A DNA stretch of 64,000 nucleotides from an uncultured bacterium (lineage in GTDB: Bacteria; Methylomirabilota; Methylomirabilia; Methylomirabilales; 2-02-FULL-66-22), in contig CAZNWB010000001.1 of the NCBI GenBank assembly GCA_964576535.1, positions 66,082-130,081 on the forward strand. The letters are read 5' to 3'. The notes beneath the pieces were generated by a model. That model did not search any database and was not told the origin of the DNA. It saw only the letters and a program-made list of their open reading frames with translations. Every line of letters begins with the position of its first letter. The first letter of the stretch is position 1. A program made the translations under genes and the position numbers. Positions 17,122 through 25,359 of this stretch are shown piece by piece.

Positions 17122-18386
17122 AGCACCGCCTCCAGCAGGTCCACCGTCCGCCGACCGGCGCCCCGGTGGGTCCCCACGATGGCCCGGCCACTCTCCCCCA
17201 TCCGTTCTGCGACATTGGGCTCCCGCAAGAGGCGCAGGGTCTCCTCTGCCAAGGCCCCGGCCTCCCGCACCTGGACGCCCGCCTGGTGCTCCAGGAAGAG
17301 GCGGGCCATCTCCGCAAAGTTTCCCATGTGCGGCCCGAACAGAACGGGCCTCGCATGGCTTGCGGGCTCGAGGATGTTGTGTCCGCCGATGGGAACCAGG
17401 CTGCCGCCCACGAACACCACCGTTCCGGCCGCGTACAGCCGGGCCAGCTCGCCCATCGTGTCCACCAGGATAACCGCGGCCCCGCCCTGCGTGGGCAGCC
17501 GGCTCCGATGGATCCAGGGAAGCCCCTCGCGGTCCAGAAGCGCCTCCACCTCCCCGAGCCGCTCCGGATGCCGCGGGGCCAGGAGCAGCGTGAGGTCGGG
17601 CACGGATCGGCGGACCGCCTTGAAGGCCTCCAGGACCGGCCCCTCCTCTCCCCGGTGCGTGCTGCCCGCCACGAGGACCGGCCGCGAGAGCGGGAGGCCC
17701 AGCATCTGTCGGACCGCCGGTCCGTCAGCCCCGCGTTCCGCGGGTCCCGCCCCGGCCAGGTCGAACTTGAGATTGCCGACCACGTGCACCCGCTCGGGCG
17801 GCGCGCCGAGGTCCAGGATGCGCCGCGCGTCTTCGGGCGTCTGCATGCAGAACAGGCGAATCCCCTGGAGGACCCGCCCAAAGAATCTCCGCACTCGCCG
17901 ATAGCGGGGGAAGGAGCGCTGGGAGATCCGCCCATTCACCAGGACCACGGGGATATCACGGGCCGAGCAGGCGCGCAGGAAGTTCGGCCAGATCTCCGTC
18001 TCGGTGAGCAGGACGGCCCGGGGCCGAAGCCGATCCAGCGCCTGGCGGACGGCCCAACCGAAATCCAGGGGGAAGAAGACGAACTGCCTCGCCGGGAGCC
18101 GCCCCTCGGCGACGCCGCGGCCTGTGTCCGTGACCGTCGAGACCAGCAGCGGCAGGTCCGGCCGGCGCGCGGCCAACTCTCGCGCCAGCGGGGTCGCCGC
18201 CATCACCTCGCCGACCGACACCGCGTGCAGCCAGACGGGTGGCACGGTTCCGGTCCAGGCCGGAACGCGCCCCAGCCGCTCGCCAAGTCCCCGGCGGTAC
18301 TTTCCCCGCAGGATCGCCTGGGTGGCAAAGGTCGGGAGCCCCGCCACGAAGAAGGCCCCGAGTCCGAGACTGTAGAGCCAGTACAC
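17118..18386 (-). CDS. waaA: 3-deoxy-D-manno-octulosonic acid (Kdo) transferase
   Basis: ..WLHAVSVGEVMAATPLAREL.. and full-length GT30 similarity. Confidence 0.93.
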   Translation of the reverse strand: MYWLYSLGLGAFFVAGLPTFATQAILRGKYRRGLGERLGRVPAWTGTVPPVWLHAVSVGEVMAATPLARELAARRPDLPLLVSTVTDTGRGVAEGRLPARQFVFFPLDFGWAVRQALDRLRPRAVLLTETEIWPNFLRACSARDIPVVLVNGRISQRSFPRYRRVRRFFGRVLQGIRLFCMQTPEDARRILDLGAPPERVHVVGNLKFDLAGAGPAERGADGPAVRQMLGLPLSRPVLVAGSTHRGEEGPVLEAFKAVRRSVPDLTLLLAPRHPERLGEVEALLDREGLPWIHRSRLPTQGGAAVILVDTMGELARLYAAGTVVFVGGSLVPIGGHNILEPASHARPVLFGPHMGNFAEMARLFLEHQAGVQVREAGALAEETLRLLREPNVAERMGESGRAIVGTHRGAGRRTVDLLEAVL

Positions 18387-18395
18387 GGGTCACTC

Positions 18396-18506
18396 AAAAG
18401 CGTTCGGTAGTTCGGTGGTTCGGTTGTTCCACGGTTCCGCGGCTCGCCAGTTCGACCGTTTCGGTACAACCGAACTACCGAACGCTCGAACTCCCAAACG
18501 TTTTTC
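18396..18506. repeat. GTTCGG-family octamer hairpin
   Basis: AGCGTTCGGTAGTTCGG at 18399 pairs perfectly with CCGAACTACCGAACGCT at 18470. The right end overlaps the last codons of the DUF374 gene. Confidence 0.8.
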
Positions 18507-19185
18507 GCCGCCTAGTGGCGGCGACCGTGTCCGCCTCCGCCACCAGGGCATCCAGCCGGTCGGCCAGCAAGGTCTGGAACTTCTCCATGGCGACCTTGTC
18601 GGCATCCGCCGGCACGTAGAGGGGTTCGCCCCAGACGTACACCCCCCGCGCAAACGGATGGGGGATCAGGAACTGGTCCCAGCTCCTCATGAGTGTCCGC
18701 GGCCAGGCCCCGAACGCCACCGGCAGGATCGGCATCCCCGTCAAACGCGCCAGATCGATGACGCCCGACTTGACCCGGTGCCGCGGCCCCTTCGGCCCAT
18801 CCGGAGTGATCGCCACGTGGCGGCCATCCCGAAGCGCCTGGATGAGCTGCTTGAAGGCGAGGACCCCGCCCCGGGTGGCGGAGCCGCGCACCACGCTGAA
18901 CCCCAGCCACTGAGCCGCGCGTGTGAGGTACTCCCCGTCCCGGTGCTGGCTGATGAGGAGGGTGGCCGACCGGCCGGGATACACGAATGGCATCATCAGG
19001 AGCCGCCCATGCCAGACGGCCACGATGGCGCGTTCCCCCTTGGCGAGGCACGCGTCCACGTGCTCGCGCCCGATGTCAGCCCGGCGCAGCGTGGCGGCGA
19101 CCGCCCGCAACAGCCGGCTGGCCATCCACGGCACCGCGATCAGGGTGAGGTTCCAATCGCGGGGAGAGAACCTGCGCTCGCCCAT
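18475..19185 (-). CDS. DUF374 (lysophospholipid-acyltransferase-like) protein
   Basis: ..IVAVWHGRLLMMP..LISQHRDGEYL..VVRGSATRGG..ITPDGPKGP.., the characteristic DUF374 pattern. Confidence 0.85.
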   Translation of the reverse strand: MGERRFSPRDWNLTLIAVPWMASRLLRAVAATLRRADIGREHVDACLAKGERAIVAVWHGRLLMMPFVYPGRSATLLISQHRDGEYLTRAAQWLGFSVVRGSATRGGVLAFKQLIQALRDGRHVAITPDGPKGPRHRVKSGVIDLARLTGMPILPVAFGAWPRTLMRSWDQFLIPHPFARGVYVWGEPLYVPADADKVAMEKFQTLLADRLDALVAEADTVAATRRRKTFGSSSVR

Positions 19186-19200
19186 GTGACCATCAACGCA

Positions 19201-20346
19201 TCAGGCCGCCGGAATCAGCGCCAAGACCTCACGGGCCGCCCGTTCCGCCGCTCCAGGGGTTCCCAGACGGCTGCCAACCTCGACCAGCTTGGCGCGCATC
19301 CACGCCTGGCGCTCGGGCGATCCCAGGATCTCCGAGGCCGTCGCCGCCAGATGCTCGGGGGTCGCCTGGAACTGGATCAGTTCCGGGACGATTTCCTCAC
19401 CCGCCACCAAATTGGGCAGGCCGATGAACCGGACCCGGACCAGGCAGCGCGCCAGCAGCCACGACAGCCAGCCCAGACGATATGTGATAATCATGGGAGT
19501 TCCCAGGATGGCCGCCTCCAGGGTCACCGTCCCCGAGACCGCCAGGAGGAGATCCGCCGCCCGCATCACCTCGGAAGTCCGTCCCTGCACCACCGTGACC
19601 GGCACGGGCGAGGACCGCACTGCCTCCCTCACCGATCCGTCATCCAGCGTCGGCGCGAGAGCCAGAACTCCCCGAAGGTCCGGCCGTCTGGCCGTGAGGC
19701 GCGCGGCCGTCTCCAACAGGAGAGGCAGGTGCCGCCGGATCTCCGCCTGCCGGCTCCCCGGGAGCAGGCCCAAGACCAGCGAGGCATCCGGCAGGCCCAG
19801 GGAGGCGCGGCACGCCTCGCGCGATGGCACCGCCGCGAGCACATCCAGAAGAGGATGGCCGACAAACGTCACGTCAACTCCCGCCTGCCGGTACAGGGGC
19901 TCCTCGAACGGGAACAGGACGAGCATCTTCCGCACCAGGCGCCGGATCGTGCGGATCCGCCCGCGCCGCCAGGCCCAGATCTGGGGGCTGATGAAGTAGC
20001 AGACCGGGATGCGCAGGTGATGGGCCGTGCGCGCCAGGAGGAGGTTGAAATCCGGAAAGTCAATGCAGATCAGCAGGGCTGGCCGGACAGCCCGGAGGCG
20101 CTTCCGCAAGAGGTGCAGGGCGGTCGAGAGCACCCGTCGCTTCTCCCACACCTCCGTGAGGCCCACGACGGCGGCCTGCCCCGCATCGGCGAGGAGGTGC
20201 ACCCCGGCCTCTCGCATGCGCGGGCCGCCCATGCCCTCCACAATCACGTGTGGCGCCAGTCGCCGGAGCGCCTCGACCAGCCGTCCCCCATGCAGATCCC
20301 CCGAGGCCTCGCCCGCCACGATCATGATCCGGGTCGCCGCGGGCAC
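19201..20346 (-). CDS. lpxB: Lipid-A-disaccharide synthase
   Basis: ..IMIVAGEASGDLHGGRLVEAL.. The start is uncertain (GTG 20346 or ATG 20325). The track start at 20412 lies inside a repeat. Confidence 0.88.
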   Translation of the reverse strand: MPAATRIMIVAGEASGDLHGGRLVEALRRLAPHVIVEGMGGPRMREAGVHLLADAGQAAVVGLTEVWEKRRVLSTALHLLRKRLRAVRPALLICIDFPDFNLLLARTAHHLRIPVCYFISPQIWAWRRGRIRTIRRLVRKMLVLFPFEEPLYRQAGVDVTFVGHPLLDVLAAVPSREACRASLGLPDASLVLGLLPGSRQAEIRRHLPLLLETAARLTARRPDLRGVLALAPTLDDGSVREAVRSSPVPVTVVQGRTSEVMRAADLLLAVSGTVTLEAAILGTPMIITYRLGWLSWLLARCLVRVRFIGLPNLVAGEEIVPELIQFQATPEHLAATASEILGSPERQAWMRAKLVEVGSRLGTPGAAERAAREVLALIPAA

Positions 20347-20355
20347 ACCGTGACC

Positions 20356-20469
20356 GGGTGGATTAGTGGACTGGTGAATCAGTGGATCCGTGTTCTGGCC
20401 CACCGTCCTCACGTCCCCCTACTCCACCAATTCACCGATCCACCCATGCACAAGCCCACCGATCCACTC
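20356..20469. repeat. Octamer-word inverted arrays (GGTGGATT AGTGGACT GGTGAATC AGTGGATC // ..ATTCACCG ATCCACCC .. ATCCACTC)
   Basis: Period-8 arrays of RGTGRAYY and their complement read directly. It lies between the oxidoreductase stop and the lpxB start. Confidence 0.7.
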
Positions 20470-20475
20470 TGCTGT

Positions 20476-21414
20476 TCAGAGGCGCTCAATGATCCGCGTG
20501 GCAACGGCGACGGCCTCGCGTCCCGCCTCTCCCGCGACCATGGGTGGACGGCGAGTCCGCACGCTGTCCACGAAATCGATGAGCTCCTGCCGCAGCGGCT
20601 CGACCCGCGCCACCGGGATATCCACCCGGGCCAAGCGCGACCTCCCCGGGCCATCGCCGGGCGTCTGCCGGTATAGGTGCAGCTCCTGGGCGGCATAGTC
20701 CAGGACGAAGGAGGTGTCCCGCTGGAAGACGCGGATTTTCCGCAAGCGCTCGCCGCTGACCCGGCTCGCGGTCAGGTTCGCCACGCAGCCCGAGGCGAAT
20801 TCGATCCGGGCGTTGGCGATATCCACCTGATCGGAGACCACCGGAACACCCACGGCACTGACCGCCGTGACCGGTGACTTGACCAGGGTCAGGACGATGT
20901 CAATGTCATGGATCATGAGGTCCAGAACCACATCCACATCGGTGCCCCGCCCCGGGAACGGGCCCATCCGATGGACCTCGATAAAGCCGGGATCCTGAAC
21001 CTCCCTCTCCAGGGCTTGCACGGCGCCGTTGTACCGCTCGCTGTGACCCACCTGGAGAATGCGGCCATTCGTCGCGGCGGTGGCGACCAGATCGTCCGCC
21101 TCGGCCAGCGTCCGGGTCATGGGCTTCTCCACCAGGACGTCGCACCCCGCTCGGAGGAAGTCCCGAGCGATCCCGTGGTGGTCCACCGTGGGCACGGCTA
21201 CGCTGACGGCATCGACCTTGCCCAGCAGGTCGCGATAGTCCGCCAGCGCCCGGACCCGGAGCGTGCCGCCGACCTGGCGCCGAGGCCCCTCCGCGATGTC
21301 CACCACCGCGACGAGTTCGACCCCCGGCAGCTCCGTGTAGATCCGCGCGTGATGCTGCCCGAGGTGACCCACCCCGACTACCGCTACCTTGACCTTTTGC
21401 TCACCCGCGTCCAT
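20476..21414 (-). CDS. Gfo/Idh/MocA-family NAD-dependent oxidoreductase (GnnA-like candidate)
   Basis: ..VKVAVVGVGHLGQHHARIY.. Rossmann N-terminus and ..VLVEKPM.. motif. It is embedded between lpxI and lpxB. Confidence 0.85.
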   Translation of the reverse strand: MDAGEQKVKVAVVGVGHLGQHHARIYTELPGVELVAVVDIAEGPRRQVGGTLRVRALADYRDLLGKVDAVSVAVPTVDHHGIARDFLRAGCDVLVEKPMTRTLAEADDLVATAATNGRILQVGHSERYNGAVQALEREVQDPGFIEVHRMGPFPGRGTDVDVVLDLMIHDIDIVLTLVKSPVTAVSAVGVPVVSDQVDIANARIEFASGCVANLTASRVSGERLRKIRVFQRDTSFVLDYAAQELHLYRQTPGDGPGRSRLARVDIPVARVEPLRQELIDFVDSVRTRRPPMVAGEAGREAVAVATRIIERL

Positions 21415-21425
21415 GGCGTCTCATA

Positions 21426-21520
21426 AGAGCGTTCGACGGTTCGGTCGTTCGGTGGTTCGGTTGTACCGCAGCACTCAGGGAACCACCGAACTGCCGACCC
21501 ACCGAACAGCCGAACGCTCT
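21426..21520. repeat. GTTCGG-family octamer hairpin
   Basis: Perfect 10-nt termini AGAGCGTTCG / CGAACGCTCT. Units are CGGTTCGG TCGTTCGG TGGTTCGG. Confidence 0.85.
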
Positions 21521-21526
21521 TGGCGT

Positions 21527-22327
21527 TTAGCCGGCCACCACTGCCAGATCCAGTTCGTCCGCACCGGCTACGAACCGATCCCGATCCAGGAGCAGGGTGC
21601 GGCCCGCATCCAGCGCCAGGGCCGTGGCACTGGCATCCCGCAGGGCGGAGAGCGTCTCCGGTCCAACGGTGGGAAGGTCAAAGCGAAGGTCCTGATCGGG
21701 CCGGCTCACCTTGACGATGACCACCCCGCCGCGGCCCAGCTCCCCACCCCGCCGGATGGCGGCGTCCGTTCCCTCGACTGATTCCACGGCCAAGACGGTT
21801 CCGTGCTTCAGCACCACGGTCTGCCCGATTCGGAGCGCCGCAATCTGTCGCGCGATCTCCCGGCCGAGCACGATGTCCTGCTGCTCCCGGGCCGTCGGGC
21901 CCCGCCGGGTGAGCTGTCCGGCCGGGACCAGGAGCGGGCCCAGGAACCGGGGAGTCTCCAGGACCCGGATCCCCTCGGCGGCCAGGGCCTCCACGAGGGC
22001 CTCCAGCAGGCTGTCCCCGCGCAGGTCCCGGGCTCGGAGCAGGACCTTGGCCCCCAGCAGGTCCGGACGCGCCCGGGAAAAGAGGCGGGTAATCTCCACC
22101 TTCCCCAGCAGGACGACCTCGGTCACCCGCTCGTCGCGAAGGTGACGGATCACAGCCCCGAGTTGGGCGACGCGGACCCAGTGGATGGCGTCCACCTGCT
22201 CGGCCAGCCGGGGATCGGTCTCCTCTCGGACGGCCACCGCCACCACACGCAGACCCTGGGCGCGCGCTTCGGCCGCCGCGACGAAGGGCAGCCGCCCGCT
22301 CCCCGCGATGATCCCCAGCGTCTCCAT
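21527..22327 (-). CDS. lpxI: UDP-2,3-diacylglucosamine pyrophosphatase LpxI (DUF1009)
   Basis: METLGIIAGSGRLP.., ..GQTVVLKHGTVLAVESVEGTDAAIRRGG.. and ..DLRFDLPTVGPETL. Confidence 0.88.
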   Translation of the reverse strand: METLGIIAGSGRLPFVAAAEARAQGLRVVAVAVREETDPRLAEQVDAIHWVRVAQLGAVIRHLRDERVTEVVLLGKVEITRLFSRARPDLLGAKVLLRARDLRGDSLLEALVEALAAEGIRVLETPRFLGPLLVPAGQLTRRGPTAREQQDIVLGREIARQIAALRIGQTVVLKHGTVLAVESVEGTDAAIRRGGELGRGGVVIVKVSRPDQDLRFDLPTVGPETLSALRDASATALALDAGRTLLLDRDRFVAGADELDLAVVAG

Positions 22328-22333
22328 CCGTGA

Positions 22334-23110
22334 CTACTTGCTGATCCCGCGCTGGGACCGCTTGATGAAGTCGATGAAGTGCTGCACGGCGGGGGATCCG
22401 CTGATCTCCTGCTCCAGCTTTTCCAGCGCCTGGGAGGTGTTGAGGCCGGAGGCGTAGACGATCCGGTAGGCCTGCTTCAGGGCACGGATCTCCTCGGTCG
22501 AGAAGCCGTCACGCCGCAGCCCCACCACGTTGAGGCCAAAGGGCTTGGCCCGGTTTCCCTGGGCCTTGAGGTAGGGCGGGATGTCCTGCCCCACGCCGGA
22601 GCACGCGCCCAGGAAGGCGTACTCGCCGATCCGCACGAACTGGTGGATGCCGGTCATGCCCCCGATCACGGCGCAGCGCCCGATCTCGATATGGCCGGAC
22701 AAGGCAGCCTGGTTGGCAATGATGACGCGTTCCCCCAACTGACAGTCGTGGGCCACGTGGACGTACGCCATGATGAAGCAGTCCGGACCGACGGTCGTCA
22801 CCCCCGAGCCCCCCGTGCTGGCGCGGTGGATCGAGGCGAACTCCCGCACGAGGGTCCGGTCCCCGATAACGACCCGGGTGGGTTCCCCGCGGTATTTCAC
22901 GTCCTGGGGCGGCGACCCGATGATGGCGTGGGGGCCGATGCGGCACTCGGCCCCGATCTCTGTCCAGCCCTCCAGGACCGTGTGGCTGGCGATGATGGAC
23001 CGGGGTCCCACTCGAACATGGGGGCCGATCACGACATATGGGCCGATCTGGACGCCCTCCTGCAGTTCTGCACCCGGATCGACGACCGCGGTGGGGTGGA
23101 CGGTAACCAT
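22334..23110 (-). CDS. lpxA: Acyl-ACP--UDP-GlcNAc O-acyltransferase
   Basis: Left-handed beta-helix hexapeptide repeats and ..IHPTAVVDPGAEL.. Position fabZ-lpxA. Confidence 0.95.
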   Translation of the reverse strand: MVTVHPTAVVDPGAELQEGVQIGPYVVIGPHVRVGPRSIIASHTVLEGWTEIGAECRIGPHAIIGSPPQDVKYRGEPTRVVIGDRTLVREFASIHRASTGGSGVTTVGPDCFIMAYVHVAHDCQLGERVIIANQAALSGHIEIGRCAVIGGMTGIHQFVRIGEYAFLGACSGVGQDIPPYLKAQGNRAKPFGLNVVGLRRDGFSTEEIRALKQAYRIVYASGLNTSQALEKLEQEISGSPAVQHFIDFIKRSQRGISK

Positions 23111-23119
23111 GCGACCCTC

Positions 23120-23590
23120 CTACACGGTGAGGGGCATGTCGACCGGCTGGGAGGGATCGCGATCGACCACGATGGAACTCATCTCCGCCTCTGCCACGAG
23201 CTTGCCTTCCACGTAGGCGGCGCCCTTAAACCGGCACATCTGGCGGCGGAGCTGGAGGATCTTCACCTCAAATCGGATCTGATCCCCGGGGACCACGGGG
23301 CGCCGGAACCGGGCCCAGTCAATCCCGGTGAAGTAAATGACTTTCTTCTCGGCCCGCGCGTCCAGGCTGCGCATCAAGAGCACTCCGCCGACCTGGGCCA
23401 TACCCTCGAGGATGAGGACGCCCGGCATGATGGGGTGGCCGGGGAAGTGGCCGGGGAGGAATGGCTCATTTATGGTGACATTCTTGATCCCGACCACCCG
23501 CTTGCCCAACTCCAGCTCCAGGATGCGGTCCACCAGGAGGAAGGGATAGCGATGCGGCAGGATCTCTTCGATCTCCTTGGGTCCGAACAT
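23120..23590 (-). CDS. fabZ: 3-hydroxyacyl-ACP dehydratase
   Basis: ATG at 23590 gives [39 protein letters not shown]. Confidence 0.95.
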   Translation of the reverse strand: MFGPKEIEEILPHRYPFLLVDRILELELGKRVVGIKNVTINEPFLPGHFPGHPIMPGVLILEGMAQVGGVLLMRSLDARAEKKVIYFTGIDWARFRRPVVPGDQIRFEVKILQLRRQMCRFKGAAYVEGKLVAEAEMSSIVVDRDPSQPVDMPLTV

Positions 23591-23609
23591 TGCCAATCCT
23601 CCCCTCCCC

Positions 23610-24635
23610 CTACTTGCCCAGGCGGGCTTCCAGGCCCGCCAGCCGTTCCTCCAGGGCACGCAGGGCCTTGCGCAACTCCGGCAGCCGGGCCACGGCCGCC
23701 AGTTGCCGCTTGAACTCGGTATGCGGCACGGCCGGCGCGCCGAGGACAGCGGACCGGGGCGGGACGTCCTTTGTCACCCCCGCCTGGGCCCCCACGATGA
23801 CGTCATCGCCGATCTCCACGTGGTCCACGACGCCGGCCTGTCCCGCCAGCGTGACGCGGGATCCGATGCGCACACTCCCCGAGATGCCCACCTGGGCGAC
23901 GATCACGGTATCCGACCCGATGCGGACGTTGTGCCCGATCTGCACCAGATTGTCAATCTTTGAGCCCTGGCCGATGCGTGTCTCGTCCAAGGTCGCCCGG
24001 TCAATACACACGTTCGCCCCGATCTCCACATCGTCCTCGATCACCACCCGCCCCACCTGGGGGATCTTCACGTAGCGATGACCATCCCGGCCATACCCGA
24101 AGCCGTCGGCCCCGATGACCGTCCCACTGTGAACGATGACCCGGTCCCCCAGGACAACGTCATCCCGCAGGGTGACGTTGGGGAAAATCCGACACCCCTG
24201 GCCGATGTGCACCCGAGCACCGACGGCCACCTGGGCCTCCAGGATCGTGCCCGCCCCGACCTTTGCGCCCGGACCCAGGACGCACAGCGGTCCCACGCAG
24301 GCGTCGGGGGCAACCCGCACATCGGGTGCCACCACCGCGGTGGGATGGATGCCAGGAGCCGGAGGGGCTGCGGGATGAAAGAGGGTCAGGGCACGGGCCA
24401 GGGCAAGATACAGGTTGCGGGTCCGGAGGGAGGGACGATCCACCGGCGGCCATCCCTCGTCCAGGATCACGGCGCCCACCGCCGATTCCCGCAGGCGGGA
24501 GATATGCGCCTTTCGGGCGATGAAGCTCAGGTGGTGCGGGCCGGCCTCCTCGAGGCTGCGCACGGCCACGACCTCGAGCCCGCCGTCGCCTTCCAGCCGG
24601 CACCCCAACCGCTCCGCCACCTCTCCCAGTCGCAC
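23610..24635 (-). CDS. lpxD: UDP-3-O-acylglucosamine N-acyltransferase
   Basis: [11 protein letters not shown].. N-terminal domain plus hexapeptide repeats and a C-terminal helical tail. Confidence 0.93.
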   Translation of the reverse strand: MRLGEVAERLGCRLEGDGGLEVVAVRSLEEAGPHHLSFIARKAHISRLRESAVGAVILDEGWPPVDRPSLRTRNLYLALARALTLFHPAAPPAPGIHPTAVVAPDVRVAPDACVGPLCVLGPGAKVGAGTILEAQVAVGARVHIGQGCRIFPNVTLRDDVVLGDRVIVHSGTVIGADGFGYGRDGHRYVKIPQVGRVVIEDDVEIGANVCIDRATLDETRIGQGSKIDNLVQIGHNVRIGSDTVIVAQVGISGSVRIGSRVTLAGQAGVVDHVEIGDDVIVGAQAGVTKDVPPRSAVLGAPAVPHTEFKRQLAAVARLPELRKALRALEERLAGLEARLGK

Positions 24636-24670
24636 TCCACCTCCGCGTCAGCGCTCGGCCATCCGTGGCC

Positions 24671-24710
24671 AGCCTTCAGCTTGCGGCTGAAAGCTGATGA
24701 CTGACAGCTT
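24671..24710. repeat. Short GCTGA-family element
   Basis: CCTTCAGC-TTGCG-GCTGAAAG, then GCTGATG ACTGACA GCT, between the skp stop and the lpxD start. Confidence 0.45.
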
Positions 24711-24713
24711 CCG

Positions 24714-25250
24714 TTACTTCTGCTTCGCGTCGTACCGCTTGATGACCTCGGGCGTGATGTCCACGGCCGGGGCGGTGTAGACCAGGGTGCTGCGCTCCAG
24801 AATGAGGGTGAACCCCTGGTCCTTGCCGTACTCCTGGATCACGCCGAAGATCTCTCGCGTGATCTCCACTTCCGCCTCGCGGACCCGTTTGTCGAAATCG
24901 CGGTTGGCATCCTCGGCCAGGCGGCGGACGTCCCGCACCCCTCGCTGGAGCCCTTCGGACCGTTCTCGCTTGGCCTGTTCGCTGAGGAGCGGGGCCTGCT
25001 TGTCCAGCTCCGCCTGGAGCTTCATCACCTCTTGCTGCCGGGCATCCAGCTCGCGCTGCCGGGCCGCCCGTTCCTGGTCCAGCTTCTGCTTCATGGCGCT
25101 GCCCTTCTGGGACTGGTTCAGCACCTGCTGGACGTCCACGACGCCGATTCGCATCCCCGCCTGCGCCGCCCAGACCGGCCCCGCCAGTCCCAGCACGAGA
25201 CACCCGGCCACCACCATCGGTATCCACCGAGATTGCTGCACGCCACCCAT
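24714..25250 (-). CDS. skp: Periplasmic chaperone Skp/OmpH
   Basis: ATG at 25250 gives a signal peptide ..GCLVLGLAGPVWA, then a Q/K/E-rich coiled-coil. Located bamA-skp-lpxD. Confidence 0.85.
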   Translation of the reverse strand: MGGVQQSRWIPMVVAGCLVLGLAGPVWAAQAGMRIGVVDVQQVLNQSQKGSAMKQKLDQERAARQRELDARQQEVMKLQAELDKQAPLLSEQAKRERSEGLQRGVRDVRRLAEDANRDFDKRVREAEVEITREIFGVIQEYGKDQGFTLILERSTLVYTAPAVDITPEVIKRYDAKQK

Positions 25251-25359
25251 CACCCCACTCACCTCCACTGTCCTGTCCGGGGTATCCTGCCCGGAAGGAC
25301 CTCTCGCCTTGTGAATGTCGCCCACCGAAAGCCAGCCCCGGCCGCGGGCCGGATCGCCG

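Noticed and set aside
18415-20676. 753-aa plus-strand ORF
   Set aside because: It is antisense to DUF374 and lpxB, with low-complexity R/P/H/D composition and no motifs.
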